64,000 nucleotides of DNA from a virus: IMG/VR virus record IMGVR_UViG_3300027797_000001, positions 1-64,000 of that record; one strand, 5' to 3'. Of the stretch, positions 38,112-48,100 are shown piece after piece; the first letter of the stretch is position 1; every line of letters starts with the position of its first letter. Position numbers and translations under genes: made by a program. The notes under the pieces were generated by a model. That model searched no databases. It was given only the letters and a program-made list of their open reading frames with translations, and was not told the origin of the DNA.

Positions 38112-38255
38112 ATGTCAACATGTTCTAATTGCAAAGCAAAATTATCTTGTGGATGTCAGAAAAGAAAAGCATCTGATGGACAACAAGTATGTTCTAATTG
38201 TATAACAAAATATGAAGCAGGGTTAAAAGCTAATTTACAAAAGAAGAAAATTTAA
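38112..38255 (+). CDS. 47-aa Cys-rich protein, not in ORF track
   Basis: MSTCSNCKAKLSCGCQKRKASDGQQVCSNCITKYEAGLKANLQKKKI*. Confidence 0.75.
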   Translation: MSTCSNCKAKLSCGCQKRKASDGQQVCSNCITKYEAGLKANLQKKKI

Positions 38256-38277
38256 AGAAATTTATAAAATAAATAAA

Positions 38278-40728
38278 ATGTCAGTACCTGTTCCTTATTA
38301 TTTAATAACTAGTTGTTGTTCTCAAGAAACAATGTCTGGTTTATATAGAATACCAGGTTTAGGAACAGTTCCAGATGGAGTATATGAATATACCGGACCT
38401 ACTTTTATAGAATCTGTAACAGGTATGGTATTTAATTCTAATTTTTGTTATACAGTAGTATTTCAAGGAACAGTTAATACAGCATATCCGTCAGCTTTTA
38501 ATTCATCTACTATAATATTAACTGCAAGCAATGACTGTGATGATCCAGTATGTGCACCATGTGGTTCTAAATTTCCAGCATATTCTATTTTTAATTGTTG
38601 TGATACTGCCAATGTTATTAGTTTAAATATTGATACAGATACCTGTTTACCAATAGATGGTGTCTGGGTATATAATGGTCCTGGTTATATAGTACCTATT
38701 AGTGGATTTATTTTTACTCCAGGAGAGTGTTATAATTTTACTGAGTTACCTGATGGAATATTTGAACAAGGTCCAGATTGTACAGATTTTGATATAACAA
38801 TTTATGACACATGTCAAGAAGCACAAGCTGATGCTGAATGTCCTGCTTGCGCATTAGCTTTAGAATTTTTAATATTCACAAGCTGTTGTGATGATACTCA
38901 AATTTTATTTAAAGGTCCTTTTCCTACATCAACTTATTATGGTGTAAAAGAATATTTAGGACTTCCAATAAATGGATTAGAAAATGTATGTTATTCAATT
39001 GAAACTGGTGTTGTAGGAGATCCATTAGTTCCAGATATTACAGCATATAATCTTTTACCAGATCCTCCAGTATATGTTGAAGGTCTTACTTTTAGTAGCT
39101 TATCGTCAATAAATACTGATTGTGCAATTTATGTTGATGAATGTCCAAGCTGCATTAAACAATGTTATACACTATATGATTGTGATGGTAACTCCTTTAA
39201 TACTGAGATAGATTTATCAGCATATTTAAATACTTTTATAACAATAATTCAATTAGGAGTTCCTTCAGGACCCTGGTATGTTATAGAAAATAATACTGGA
39301 TCTTGTAACAATGCTGTAACTGGATTTACAGTAAGTCCTACAGTTCCAGAGCCATGTGATTGTAATTGTTATATAGTTATTGCATCAGCTCAAAATTGTA
39401 TTTACCTAGATTGTGATGGAAATTTACAAAGCACAGGTTTTTTAAGTAATAATACTGCTGTACAATTTTGCTCATTAATATATCCTTCTATAATAGGTAA
39501 TGCTCAACTTCCTACTGGTGGACCTAGTCCCATATACATACAGAATGAAGGTCTTTGTATTGATGGGGAATGTCCACTTATATGTTACGTATTAGAAGAT
39601 TGTGCAGGTATTCAAGATCCTATTTATGCCACTAAACCTTCATTAAGTCCATATGCAATTTTAGGTCAAGTTGTAGTATTAGATAATTATCCAGGTACTT
39701 GTTGGGAGGTAATAGATACTGCAGAATGTGATTGTGCAATAGATGTTGTTGTAATACAATCATATGAAGATTGCCCTACATGTCAAAATGCACCAAAATA
39801 TAAACTAACTAATTGTGATGATAAAACATTAATAGTTTATACTAGTACAGATTTAAGTGCATATGTTGGACAAGTAATTATTAGATTAGACTGTCCAGGT
39901 TGTTGGTATGTAGAAGAAATAGAAGACATACCATCTGATGTACCTATCACTGTAGATGTAGCATATATAGATTGTATAGAGTGTGCTAGAGATTATTATT
40001 TACTTACAGATTGTACAGGATATAAAGATCCAATTATTACATATACTGATCTTAGTCAATATGTAGGTTCTGTAATTAAAATCAAATATTGTCCAGAAAC
40101 TTGTTGGACCGTAACTACTACACTATTAGCTACAAATGCTGGTATAGTAATTCCAGAAGTAGAATATGAAGATTGTCCAGAGTGTTTACTAACATTCCCA
40201 TGTATTTGTACTACAGTAAGAAATGACAGTGCTACATCAAAAGAATATAGATACTATGACTGCAATCTAGATATTCAGTTATTTACACTTGCACCGGGAG
40301 AAAAATCAGAAAGATTCTGTATCCGTGTATGGGCAATATATTTTCCAGAAACTGATTACATAGAAACATATGGTAATTGCTCAGAAACTACACCTGATAT
40401 TTGGGAATGCCCAGATATTATTTATCCAAGAAGAAGTGTGCAACCTGGATATAATACACCAGCATGTACTATAGTAAAGTATGAAAAAATTTCATGTAAA
40501 TCTGCAGAGGTATATTATAAGCAAGTACTTTATTTAAGATATGGTATATCAGATTGCTGTCCAGATGAAAATGATAAGTGGTTAATCAAAAAGGAATTAA
40601 TAGACTTAGATGCACTAAGAGATCCAGACTACGAATGTTCAGTAGTAAATTCATGTTGTCCAAGCACACCATCATGTGGACAATCTTCTTGTGGATGTAC
40701 TTCATCTATTCCTTGTAATTCTCATTAA
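38278..40728 (+). CDS. Cys-rich repeat structural protein
   Basis: Tandem ~65-95 aa repeats Y.L.DC...DLS.YVG.V....C..CW.V...CxxC. Confidence 0.8.
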   Translation: MSVPVPYYLITSCCSQETMSGLYRIPGLGTVPDGVYEYTGPTFIESVTGMVFNSNFCYTVVFQGTVNTAYPSAFNSSTIILTASNDCDDPVCAPCGSKFPAYSIFNCCDTANVISLNIDTDTCLPIDGVWVYNGPGYIVPISGFIFTPGECYNFTELPDGIFEQGPDCTDFDITIYDTCQEAQADAECPACALALEFLIFTSCCDDTQILFKGPFPTSTYYGVKEYLGLPINGLENVCYSIETGVVGDPLVPDITAYNLLPDPPVYVEGLTFSSLSSINTDCAIYVDECPSCIKQCYTLYDCDGNSFNTEIDLSAYLNTFITIIQLGVPSGPWYVIENNTGSCNNAVTGFTVSPTVPEPCDCNCYIVIASAQNCIYLDCDGNLQSTGFLSNNTAVQFCSLIYPSIIGNAQLPTGGPSPIYIQNEGLCIDGECPLICYVLEDCAGIQDPIYATKPSLSPYAILGQVVVLDNYPGTCWEVIDTAECDCAIDVVVIQSYEDCPTCQNAPKYKLTNCDDKTLIVYTSTDLSAYVGQVIIRLDCPGCWYVEEIEDIPSDVPITVDVAYIDCIECARDYYLLTDCTGYKDPIITYTDLSQYVGSVIKIKYCPETCWTVTTTLLATNAGIVIPEVEYEDCPECLLTFPCICTTVRNDSATSKEYRYYDCNLDIQLFTLAPGEKSERFCIRVWAIYFPETDYIETYGNCSETTPDIWECPDIIYPRRSVQPGYNTPACTIVKYEKISCKSAEVYYKQVLYLRYGISDCCPDENDKWLIKKELIDLDALRDPDYECSVVNSCCPSTPSCGQSSCGCTSSIPCNSH

Positions 40729-40747
40729 TAATTAGTATATTATAGAT

Positions 40748-42457
40748 ATGAAACCTATAAATTTAGATAACAGTCCATGTAGTCCAATATCAAGTAATTG
40801 TGTGATTTGGCAAGGTCCAGATATTCCATGCATTAAACTTTGTAATGGTGACACAGTATCTGATGTAGTTTACAAGCTAGGAATGGAGCTTTGTAATATT
40901 ATGGATCTTTTGGATGTTAATGGTTATGACTTATCTTGTTTTGATTTAGCAAGTTGTAAGCCTCAAAATATTCAAGAGTTAATTCAATTTTTAATTGGAA
41001 GAATCTGTGATCTTGAAGCAGTGAATGCAGCAGAAGCTGCAATACCAACTACAACAGGAAGTGCAGCAAGATCTTCAGGTGCAGATACATTAGTTACTGT
41101 AGCATCTTGTTTTGTTGTAGGAACAACTACAGTAATGACTATTGCTGAGTATGCTCAAGCAATGGGAACTAGAATCTGTGGAATTATAGACCAGATTGCT
41201 ATCATAAATAATCAGATTAGTAATTTAAATACTAGAGTTACAGTTTTAGAAGGAGCCACTACTCCAGTATTTACAATGCCTTCAATTTCTGTTGACTGTA
41301 CTTTAAGTACCATTATTGTTTCTCCAGGAACATATACTATTACCGAAGTATTAGATGCATTAGTTAATGACAATACTTATGGTTATTGTGCTCTTACGTC
41401 AACTACAGGATTACCATCTGCTATTTTAGCAGCAGTGCAGTCACAATGTATAGTTGATACAGATACATCATTGGTATATGGAACTCCTTTCTCAATTGCT
41501 TATTTGGGACAGTGGGTGCCAATTGCATCTACAGATACTGTAGCAGATGCAATAAATAATATTTGGATAGCATTGTGTGATGTATATCAGTATGTAAGTT
41601 CACTTACATTTACTGGAAGCACAACATCTACAATTGCACTTTCTGTATCAACTGGTCCAGCTTATTCATTCTCTGCAAAAATTCTTGACACAGGTTGGGT
41701 AGATCTTAATGGATTTGGATATTATTCAGGAACTACAGGATCAACATTAGTACCACAAGCAAGAAGAATTGGTAATGTTGTATATTTTAGAGGACTATTA
41801 GTTGTTCCAATTGATGATGGAACAGGTTCTGTTTTAGGATGGAATTATAGCTTTGGACCTGCTGTAGATACGTATTATCTTTCTACTACTGTTACTCCAG
41901 CTTCTGTTGGAGCAGGATCAGTAGTTACATCAGCTGCTGGTTCAATTACATTTAACCAAGGTGTTTCAGTTATACCAACATCAATTATGGCTACTGGTGA
42001 ATTATTTGATAATGGATATTCAACTAATTTTTTAATTGGCGCAAGACCTGTAGAAATTGATGCTGCTCCAGTTACTAGTACAATTTTATCTGGATTATTT
42101 AATATTTCAATTTCTGAAAATAAACTATTAACAATTTCTCTTCCAAAAAATGCAGAACAAAATGCATTTTCAGGAACTGGAGCATTTGATACATCTCATT
42201 TAAATTACATTGTTTCTCATGTAATTGCAGGAGACAATGTACCTAAATTTGATAATGCTAATACTAATGTAAATAGTAATACTGGAGCTGGTACAATTGC
42301 ACTTGATTTAGAATATGATGCAACATTAGTATATCCTTTTACATGTAATGCAAATAATGAACAACAAGTAGCTGGATTTAGAATGCAACTTGACGGATTA
42401 GTTGCTTATATAGATCCTTGTACTACTGATATACCAACACCAATTGTTTGTCCTTAA
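40748..42457 (+). CDS. putative tail fibre/spike protein
   Basis: N-terminal C.P.SSNCV.WQGPD..C, short coiled coil, DTGW..L / R.IGNVVY.RG receptor-binding-like module. Confidence 0.7.
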   Translation: MKPINLDNSPCSPISSNCVIWQGPDIPCIKLCNGDTVSDVVYKLGMELCNIMDLLDVNGYDLSCFDLASCKPQNIQELIQFLIGRICDLEAVNAAEAAIPTTTGSAARSSGADTLVTVASCFVVGTTTVMTIAEYAQAMGTRICGIIDQIAIINNQISNLNTRVTVLEGATTPVFTMPSISVDCTLSTIIVSPGTYTITEVLDALVNDNTYGYCALTSTTGLPSAILAAVQSQCIVDTDTSLVYGTPFSIAYLGQWVPIASTDTVADAINNIWIALCDVYQYVSSLTFTGSTTSTIALSVSTGPAYSFSAKILDTGWVDLNGFGYYSGTTGSTLVPQARRIGNVVYFRGLLVVPIDDGTGSVLGWNYSFGPAVDTYYLSTTVTPASVGAGSVVTSAAGSITFNQGVSVIPTSIMATGELFDNGYSTNFLIGARPVEIDAAPVTSTILSGLFNISISENKLLTISLPKNAEQNAFSGTGAFDTSHLNYIVSHVIAGDNVPKFDNANTNVNSNTGAGTIALDLEYDATLVYPFTCNANNEQQVAGFRMQLDGLVAYIDPCTTDIPTPIVCP

Positions 42458-42468
42458 TAAATTAAACT

Positions 42469-42723
42469 ATGCCTACTAATACTTGTACAACTTGCGGATG
42501 TAGAAAATGTGGATGTTCAGATAATGCTCTGATATCTCCTGCACCATGTCCAACTCCAGAAGGTTGCCCAGACCCAATACTTTGTTCAGAAGTTTTTAAT
42601 GCAGAATGCGTGGTATATACTGGAGAACCAATTCTTTGTAATAATGATATTGTCGTTCCCACAGATACAAATATGGCAGAAGCTTTGCAATTAATTGTTG
42701 CATATTTCTGCCCAAACCTATGA
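42469..42723 (+). CDS. small Cys-rich protein related to the N-terminus of 40748-42457
   Basis: C.E...AECVVYTG..I.C motif. Confidence 0.75.
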   Translation: MPTNTCTTCGCRKCGCSDNALISPAPCPTPEGCPDPILCSEVFNAECVVYTGEPILCNNDIVVPTDTNMAEALQLIVAYFCPNL

Positions 42724-42758
42724 AGTTGCAGTTTGTTGGTTTCTGTAACAACTGGTAG

Positions 42759-42789
42759 AACCCCTGCACTTGCGGGGGTTTTGCTTTTA
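42759..42789 (+). terminator. intrinsic terminator
   Basis: AACCCCTGC-ACTT-GCGGGGGTT followed by TTGCTTTT. Confidence 0.8.
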
Positions 42790-42839
42790 TTCCTATATTT
42801 GTTAAAGTCATTTATTTTTAGTATATTAAATAGTATAGC

Positions 42840-43421
42840 ATGAGGGATTTTAAAAAACCAAACTTAAATGCTTCAAGGTATAGACCTGAAGTTTATAGCG
42901 TAATGAACAAAGAGTTCTTTGACAGTTTTAAAAAAAAGTATCCAAAGTATAAAAATTTGGATAATAAAGACATAAGAAAGATAGTTAAATCCTTTAATGA
43001 ATTTTTATGTGAAAAAATAATTGACACTAGAGATGGTATACAATTACCAGAAGCAGTGGGTTGGTTATTTATTGGTACATGTCAAAGTCCTATTAAGGAA
43101 AATATTGACTATGCAAAATCAAATAAATATGGTGTTGCTGTATCAAATAAAAATTGGGAGACAGACGGCAAACTTGCTAAAATATTTTTTACAAATTATG
43201 CGTTAAAACACAAAATGAAGAATAGAGAATTTTGGAGTTTTACAGCTTGTAGAGAATTTAAAAGAAATGTTTCAAAAGCATATTCTGAAAATTGGAATAT
43301 GTATGTTGTAGTAAACCCAAATAAAAAATTAAAATTAGAGCATAAAAGAATATCTTTAAAAGAAAGTCTTATAAATAAAACTGCACAAGAACTAAAACAA
43401 TATAATGAATTTGAACTATGA
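42840..43421 (+). CDS. IHF/HU-like protein
   Basis: IVKSFN......I....GIQLPE.VG.LFI ... W.F.ACR.FKR.V. Confidence 0.65.
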   Translation: MRDFKKPNLNASRYRPEVYSVMNKEFFDSFKKKYPKYKNLDNKDIRKIVKSFNEFLCEKIIDTRDGIQLPEAVGWLFIGTCQSPIKENIDYAKSNKYGVAVSNKNWETDGKLAKIFFTNYALKHKMKNREFWSFTACREFKRNVSKAYSENWNMYVVVNPNKKLKLEHKRISLKESLINKTAQELKQYNEFEL

Positions 43422-44083
43422 CAAGCATTGGTGAAGCTATATCAAGAGTTAGAAATACTTTAAAAGCAGTTAAGGAAGATCCATTCTTAACTGATAGAGT
43501 AATCTATAGTTCATTAATTAAATATGGCCAGACTCTTTTAAAGAGAGAGGATAACCAGTTTAGATTAATGAAGATAAGCTCTATCTTTCAGGTATTGCCT
43601 TACATTGAACTTATAGATGTAGATAAAGTAGAAGCTGGTTGTGTAGGCGTTTATTCTGGATGTTACTTTAAAAGATCTAAAGACAAACTTCCAACAATCC
43701 TTGAAGGAGCAATGGGTCCTATTATACGTACTACATCTTCAATAGATGGTACAATAGAAATGTTTAGAACAGATCCTGGTACTTGGGTATCCATGGTTAG
43801 AACAACAACTTTTAAATATAATACAAGAAAATATTTCTGGTACCTTAATGGATACTTATATGCACCAAACATTGATTGGGAAGCTGTAAGAATGGAAGCT
43901 ATATTTCAAGGAGTTACAGATCCATGTGATCCAAAACAAGAATGTGAAATAGCCCAAGATAAACCATTAACTATTCCAGAATATTTATTTTCTGAAGTAG
44001 AGCAATTTGTAATCAAAGAACTATCTATGTCTATGCAAATTCCAACGGATGGACAAGATGATGGTCAAAACTCACTTAGATAA
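43418..44083 (+). CDS. tail ring protein
   Basis: Y.WYLNGYLY motif; position before muzzle gene. Confidence 0.7.
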   Translation: MTSIGEAISRVRNTLKAVKEDPFLTDRVIYSSLIKYGQTLLKREDNQFRLMKISSIFQVLPYIELIDVDKVEAGCVGVYSGCYFKRSKDKLPTILEGAMGPIIRTTSSIDGTIEMFRTDPGTWVSMVRTTTFKYNTRKYFWYLNGYLYAPNIDWEAVRMEAIFQGVTDPCDPKQECEIAQDKPLTIPEYLFSEVEQFVIKELSMSMQIPTDGQDDGQNSLR

Positions 44084-45141
44084 TGGATTTTAATTATACT
44101 CTTAAATACAGAACATTTGATCAATTGTTAGAAGATGTAACAGTTGACTTAAGTACTTTTGCTCTAGAAAACATGATAGAGCCTCAACAACTTATTAAAG
44201 TTGCTAAAAGAGTTAATTATGATTTGGGCTTAAGATTGAATCAGCAAAAAGAAATTATATTAGAAGTATGTCATGGAAGAGTAAAGCTTCCTGATGATTT
44301 TTATACATTTAATTTTGCATTCATCTGTGGAAACTTTGTACAGCAACTTGGTTATGGAGCACACGCTTCAGGAACTCATATTGTAGAAGTACCTTATCAA
44401 GAAGTACCAGCTAATGTAGATATATGCGCTCCGCCAACTGTAAACTGTAGAACATGTAATTCTAATCCATGTAATCAAACTGCAGGGTGTGATCTTAATT
44501 TCCCCATAGTAGATCCAATACCTACAGAGTATGATCCATTAAATCCTTATGGTAATACATGTATTGCTCCAAGAGTATTTATGAACTGTAAAGGTGAGAA
44601 GTGGGAACTTGTTCAAGTTTTAAATAACTCAGGTGCAACAAGAGTTTATACTGAACTTATTCCATTAAGAATGAAAGCCAGTCAAGAAATAGAATGTGAC
44701 TGTCCAAATCTTTATTGGAATACTGCAAACCAAGGATGGATTAAAGGAGGATTTTTATTTACAACATTTGAAACTGGAAAAGTATATTTAAACTATCAGG
44801 GACAATTGGAAGATGATAATGGAAACCTATTAGTTCCAGATCATGATCTTTTAAATGACTATTATGAATATGCATTTAAATCAAGAATTTTTGAAAACCT
44901 ATATCTTAATGGAGAGGATGTAGCACAAAGAATGCAGCTTATAGAACAAAGACTTAAGACAGCAAGAAATAATGCATTGAGCCTTGTAAACACTCCAAAC
45001 TTTAGAGAGCTTGAAGATATGTGGTGGACAAATAGAAAAGCCATGTATGGTAAATACTATTCTATGTTCCAAAGTCATTCACCTAATCAAGCATATCTTA
45101 GAAATAGAAATTATACTGGAAGCGCAAATAGAATAGTATAA
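44083..45141 (+). CDS. tail ring protein
   Basis: KLPDDF, G.VYLNY.G...D..G.L.VPD motifs. Confidence 0.7.
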   Translation: MDFNYTLKYRTFDQLLEDVTVDLSTFALENMIEPQQLIKVAKRVNYDLGLRLNQQKEIILEVCHGRVKLPDDFYTFNFAFICGNFVQQLGYGAHASGTHIVEVPYQEVPANVDICAPPTVNCRTCNSNPCNQTAGCDLNFPIVDPIPTEYDPLNPYGNTCIAPRVFMNCKGEKWELVQVLNNSGATRVYTELIPLRMKASQEIECDCPNLYWNTANQGWIKGGFLFTTFETGKVYLNYQGQLEDDNGNLLVPDHDLLNDYYEYAFKSRIFENLYLNGEDVAQRMQLIEQRLKTARNNALSLVNTPNFRELEDMWWTNRKAMYGKYYSMFQSHSPNQAYLRNRNYTGSANRIV

Positions 45142-45142
45142 C

Positions 45143-48100
45143 ATGGCAAAGCAAAGTGGTGAAAATAGTGCACAGTTAATTAGTAATAGTTTTACTAAAG
45201 GTCTCAACAAAGATTCAGATCCAACATATATCTCAGAAGGTATGTGGACGCATGCAAGAAATGCGTCTAATAATACTTGGGAGGGAGATGTTGGTACAAT
45301 ATCAAATGAGTCCTCAAATTATTTATGTGCTACAGCAGGTGCAACTATGCCATCTTCTGGACAATATCTTGCACCAAATAAATATATAATAGGTGCTATT
45401 CAATTATATAGTGATAGATGGATAATCTATACCGCAGCACATAATCAAATTGGTGTTCCTATTTTATCTGAGATAGGTTTATTAATTGAAGATAGATGTA
45501 TCTATATGCCTATTGTTCAAGATACATGTTTAGGTTTTGATAAAAGATATTTGATTACAGGATCTGCTAGAGAAAAAGAAGATTGTACATGGCAAGTATA
45601 TTGGGCAGATGGTTTAAATCCAGATAGATTTTTAAATATTGGAGATCCACAGACTTGGCCAGATCCATCTGTTTATACAACCTTTGGACAATATGGTACA
45701 GTTAATCAAAATACTTATTTGTCTGCAACCGGAAATACTTTACAATGGCCTGGTGTAACTTGGACTCAAATATGTTGTGCAAGTACAACCTGTTGTCAAA
45801 CTGCACCTGGAGTTTGGCCTACTAATATTCCAAACTGTCCACCAGATAATGCATGTATTACTTGTACAGATACTAAAGATCTTGACTGTAATGCATTAAG
45901 ACTTGCAAGATTAATGGAGACACCATGTCTTAATTTAGAACTTGGTGTATCAGGTGGAACATTATTAAATGGAACTTATTTTGCAGTTATAGCCTATAGC
46001 ATTAAAGGACAAAGAGTAACTGATTATTTTTCACCAAGTAATACTCAACCTATTTGGTATCCATCAGATAGTCAAGGATCTCTTACACTTAATCTAGAAG
46101 TTGATAGTGATAATTTTGATGAGTTTATTTTAGTAATGGTTCAAAATGTAAATCAAGGAACTGTTGCTAAACAAATTGGAATTTACTCTACTAGAACTAC
46201 TAGAATTGAATTAGATAGAATTAAGGAAGATTTAATAACTGTTCCTATTGAACAATTACCAATTCTTAATCCGGTATATGAAACATCTGATCAAATAACA
46301 GAAGCAAATAATTATCTATTAAGAATAGGACCAAGATCTAAATTTGATTTTAACTATCAACCACTAGCTAATTTAATTAGAGCTAAATGGGTTTCAGTAG
46401 AATATCCTGCAGACTATTATATAAAGGGAGGAAATAAAGGAAGTTATTATAGAGATGAAGTTTATGCTTTCTTTATCAGATGGGTATACGATACAGGAGA
46501 CAAATCTTCTTCTTATCACATACCAGGAAGACCTCCTGGAAATTATATTTATCAACCACCAAATGGTGGACCTTTACAGATTATTCCTGAAACTACAGAT
46601 GGTATAAATGATATAAATACACTTGATGATTCAGATAGAATTTTTGAGATGTATAATACAGCAACAGTACAACCTATTCCTGCAACATTAAATACTACTA
46701 TTAATGATGGTGGAGTTGTAATAGGTTATGGTGATATGGGATATTGGGAATCAACAGAAAGATATCCAGATGATAAACCTGAGATATGGAATTCAAGTTC
46801 ACATTGTTGGACGGGTCCATTAGGTAATTCACCTATTATTGTTAATGGATCTCAATGGTATCCAAATGACTTATGTGCTCAACAAATTAGACATCATAAA
46901 TTTCCAGACAATAGTTTAGTTGATAGTAATGGTAACCCAGTTGGTTTACATTATAGGCCAAATCCTGGTATTAATACTCAAGAACTTAAGATAAGAATAA
47001 TGGGGGTAACCTTTGAAGACATTATTCTTCCTGTAGATAATGATGGTAATTTAATTCCAAATATTGTAGGGTTTGAAATATTAAGGGGGTCAAGAGAAGG
47101 TAGTAGAACAATACTTGCAAAAGGTATGATTAATAACTTTAGAAGTTATGCATTACCTGAATATCCTCTTGGTCTTTCTGGAACATCAATACAACAAGGT
47201 CTTTATGCGAATTACCCTTTTAATACAATAACACCAGTACAAGCAGTTAATATTCCTGGAGGACCATATTCAGATCCATACGTTAAATCTAATTTGTTTC
47301 AACAAGTTCCACAGGATATAGTAAGTATACATTCACCTGACTTAATGTTTTCAACCCCATATCTTTCAGCAACAGAATTAAAGATATATGGTGAGTTAAG
47401 AGGAAATTCACAGCAGTTTTTTAAGTATCCTGATAATCATCCTAGGCACAAGTTGCTTAGTGATGTTGTTCCTATTACGGCATTTGTTGCTGGAGTAGCA
47501 GAAGCTATAATTGCAATGATTGGTAAGAGAACAACTAATCAACCAGAAATATCTTCATATGCTACAAACTACAGTGGTTCTGTTTTTACTGTACCAGGTG
47601 CTTCAACTCTTGTAACAGCTCCTCTTCAAACAACAGCTTTAACAGCAATAGGTACAGCAGTAACAGGTTGGAATGGTTTTATAAGTAGTTATTATACTGG
47701 TACCGCAATACTAGATGCACTAGCACCATTACTAAGTTTACCAACAACATATGAAACAACATTAAATGCATTTCTTACAACTGTAAATACTGCAGCAAAT
47801 AGTGCTAGAATTCCAAAATTAACAATAGCAGGAAGTATTGAATTACCTCCACATGCGTACTTACCAGTTGGTTTAAGATCTCTTGGTGCATTAAATGTTT
47901 TTTCTTACTATTGGTCAGAAGGTGCAAATGTTGCAATTGATGCTGTATACACATTTGTTAAATATGAACAATATGCATTACAATCAATTGCACATGGGTT
48001 TTATCCTAAGTGGGGACAAGCAAGAATTAATGAAGCAAAAAGATTTAAAATAGATGACTCATTTTATATTAGAGATAATATACAACAAATGAGTGCTTAT

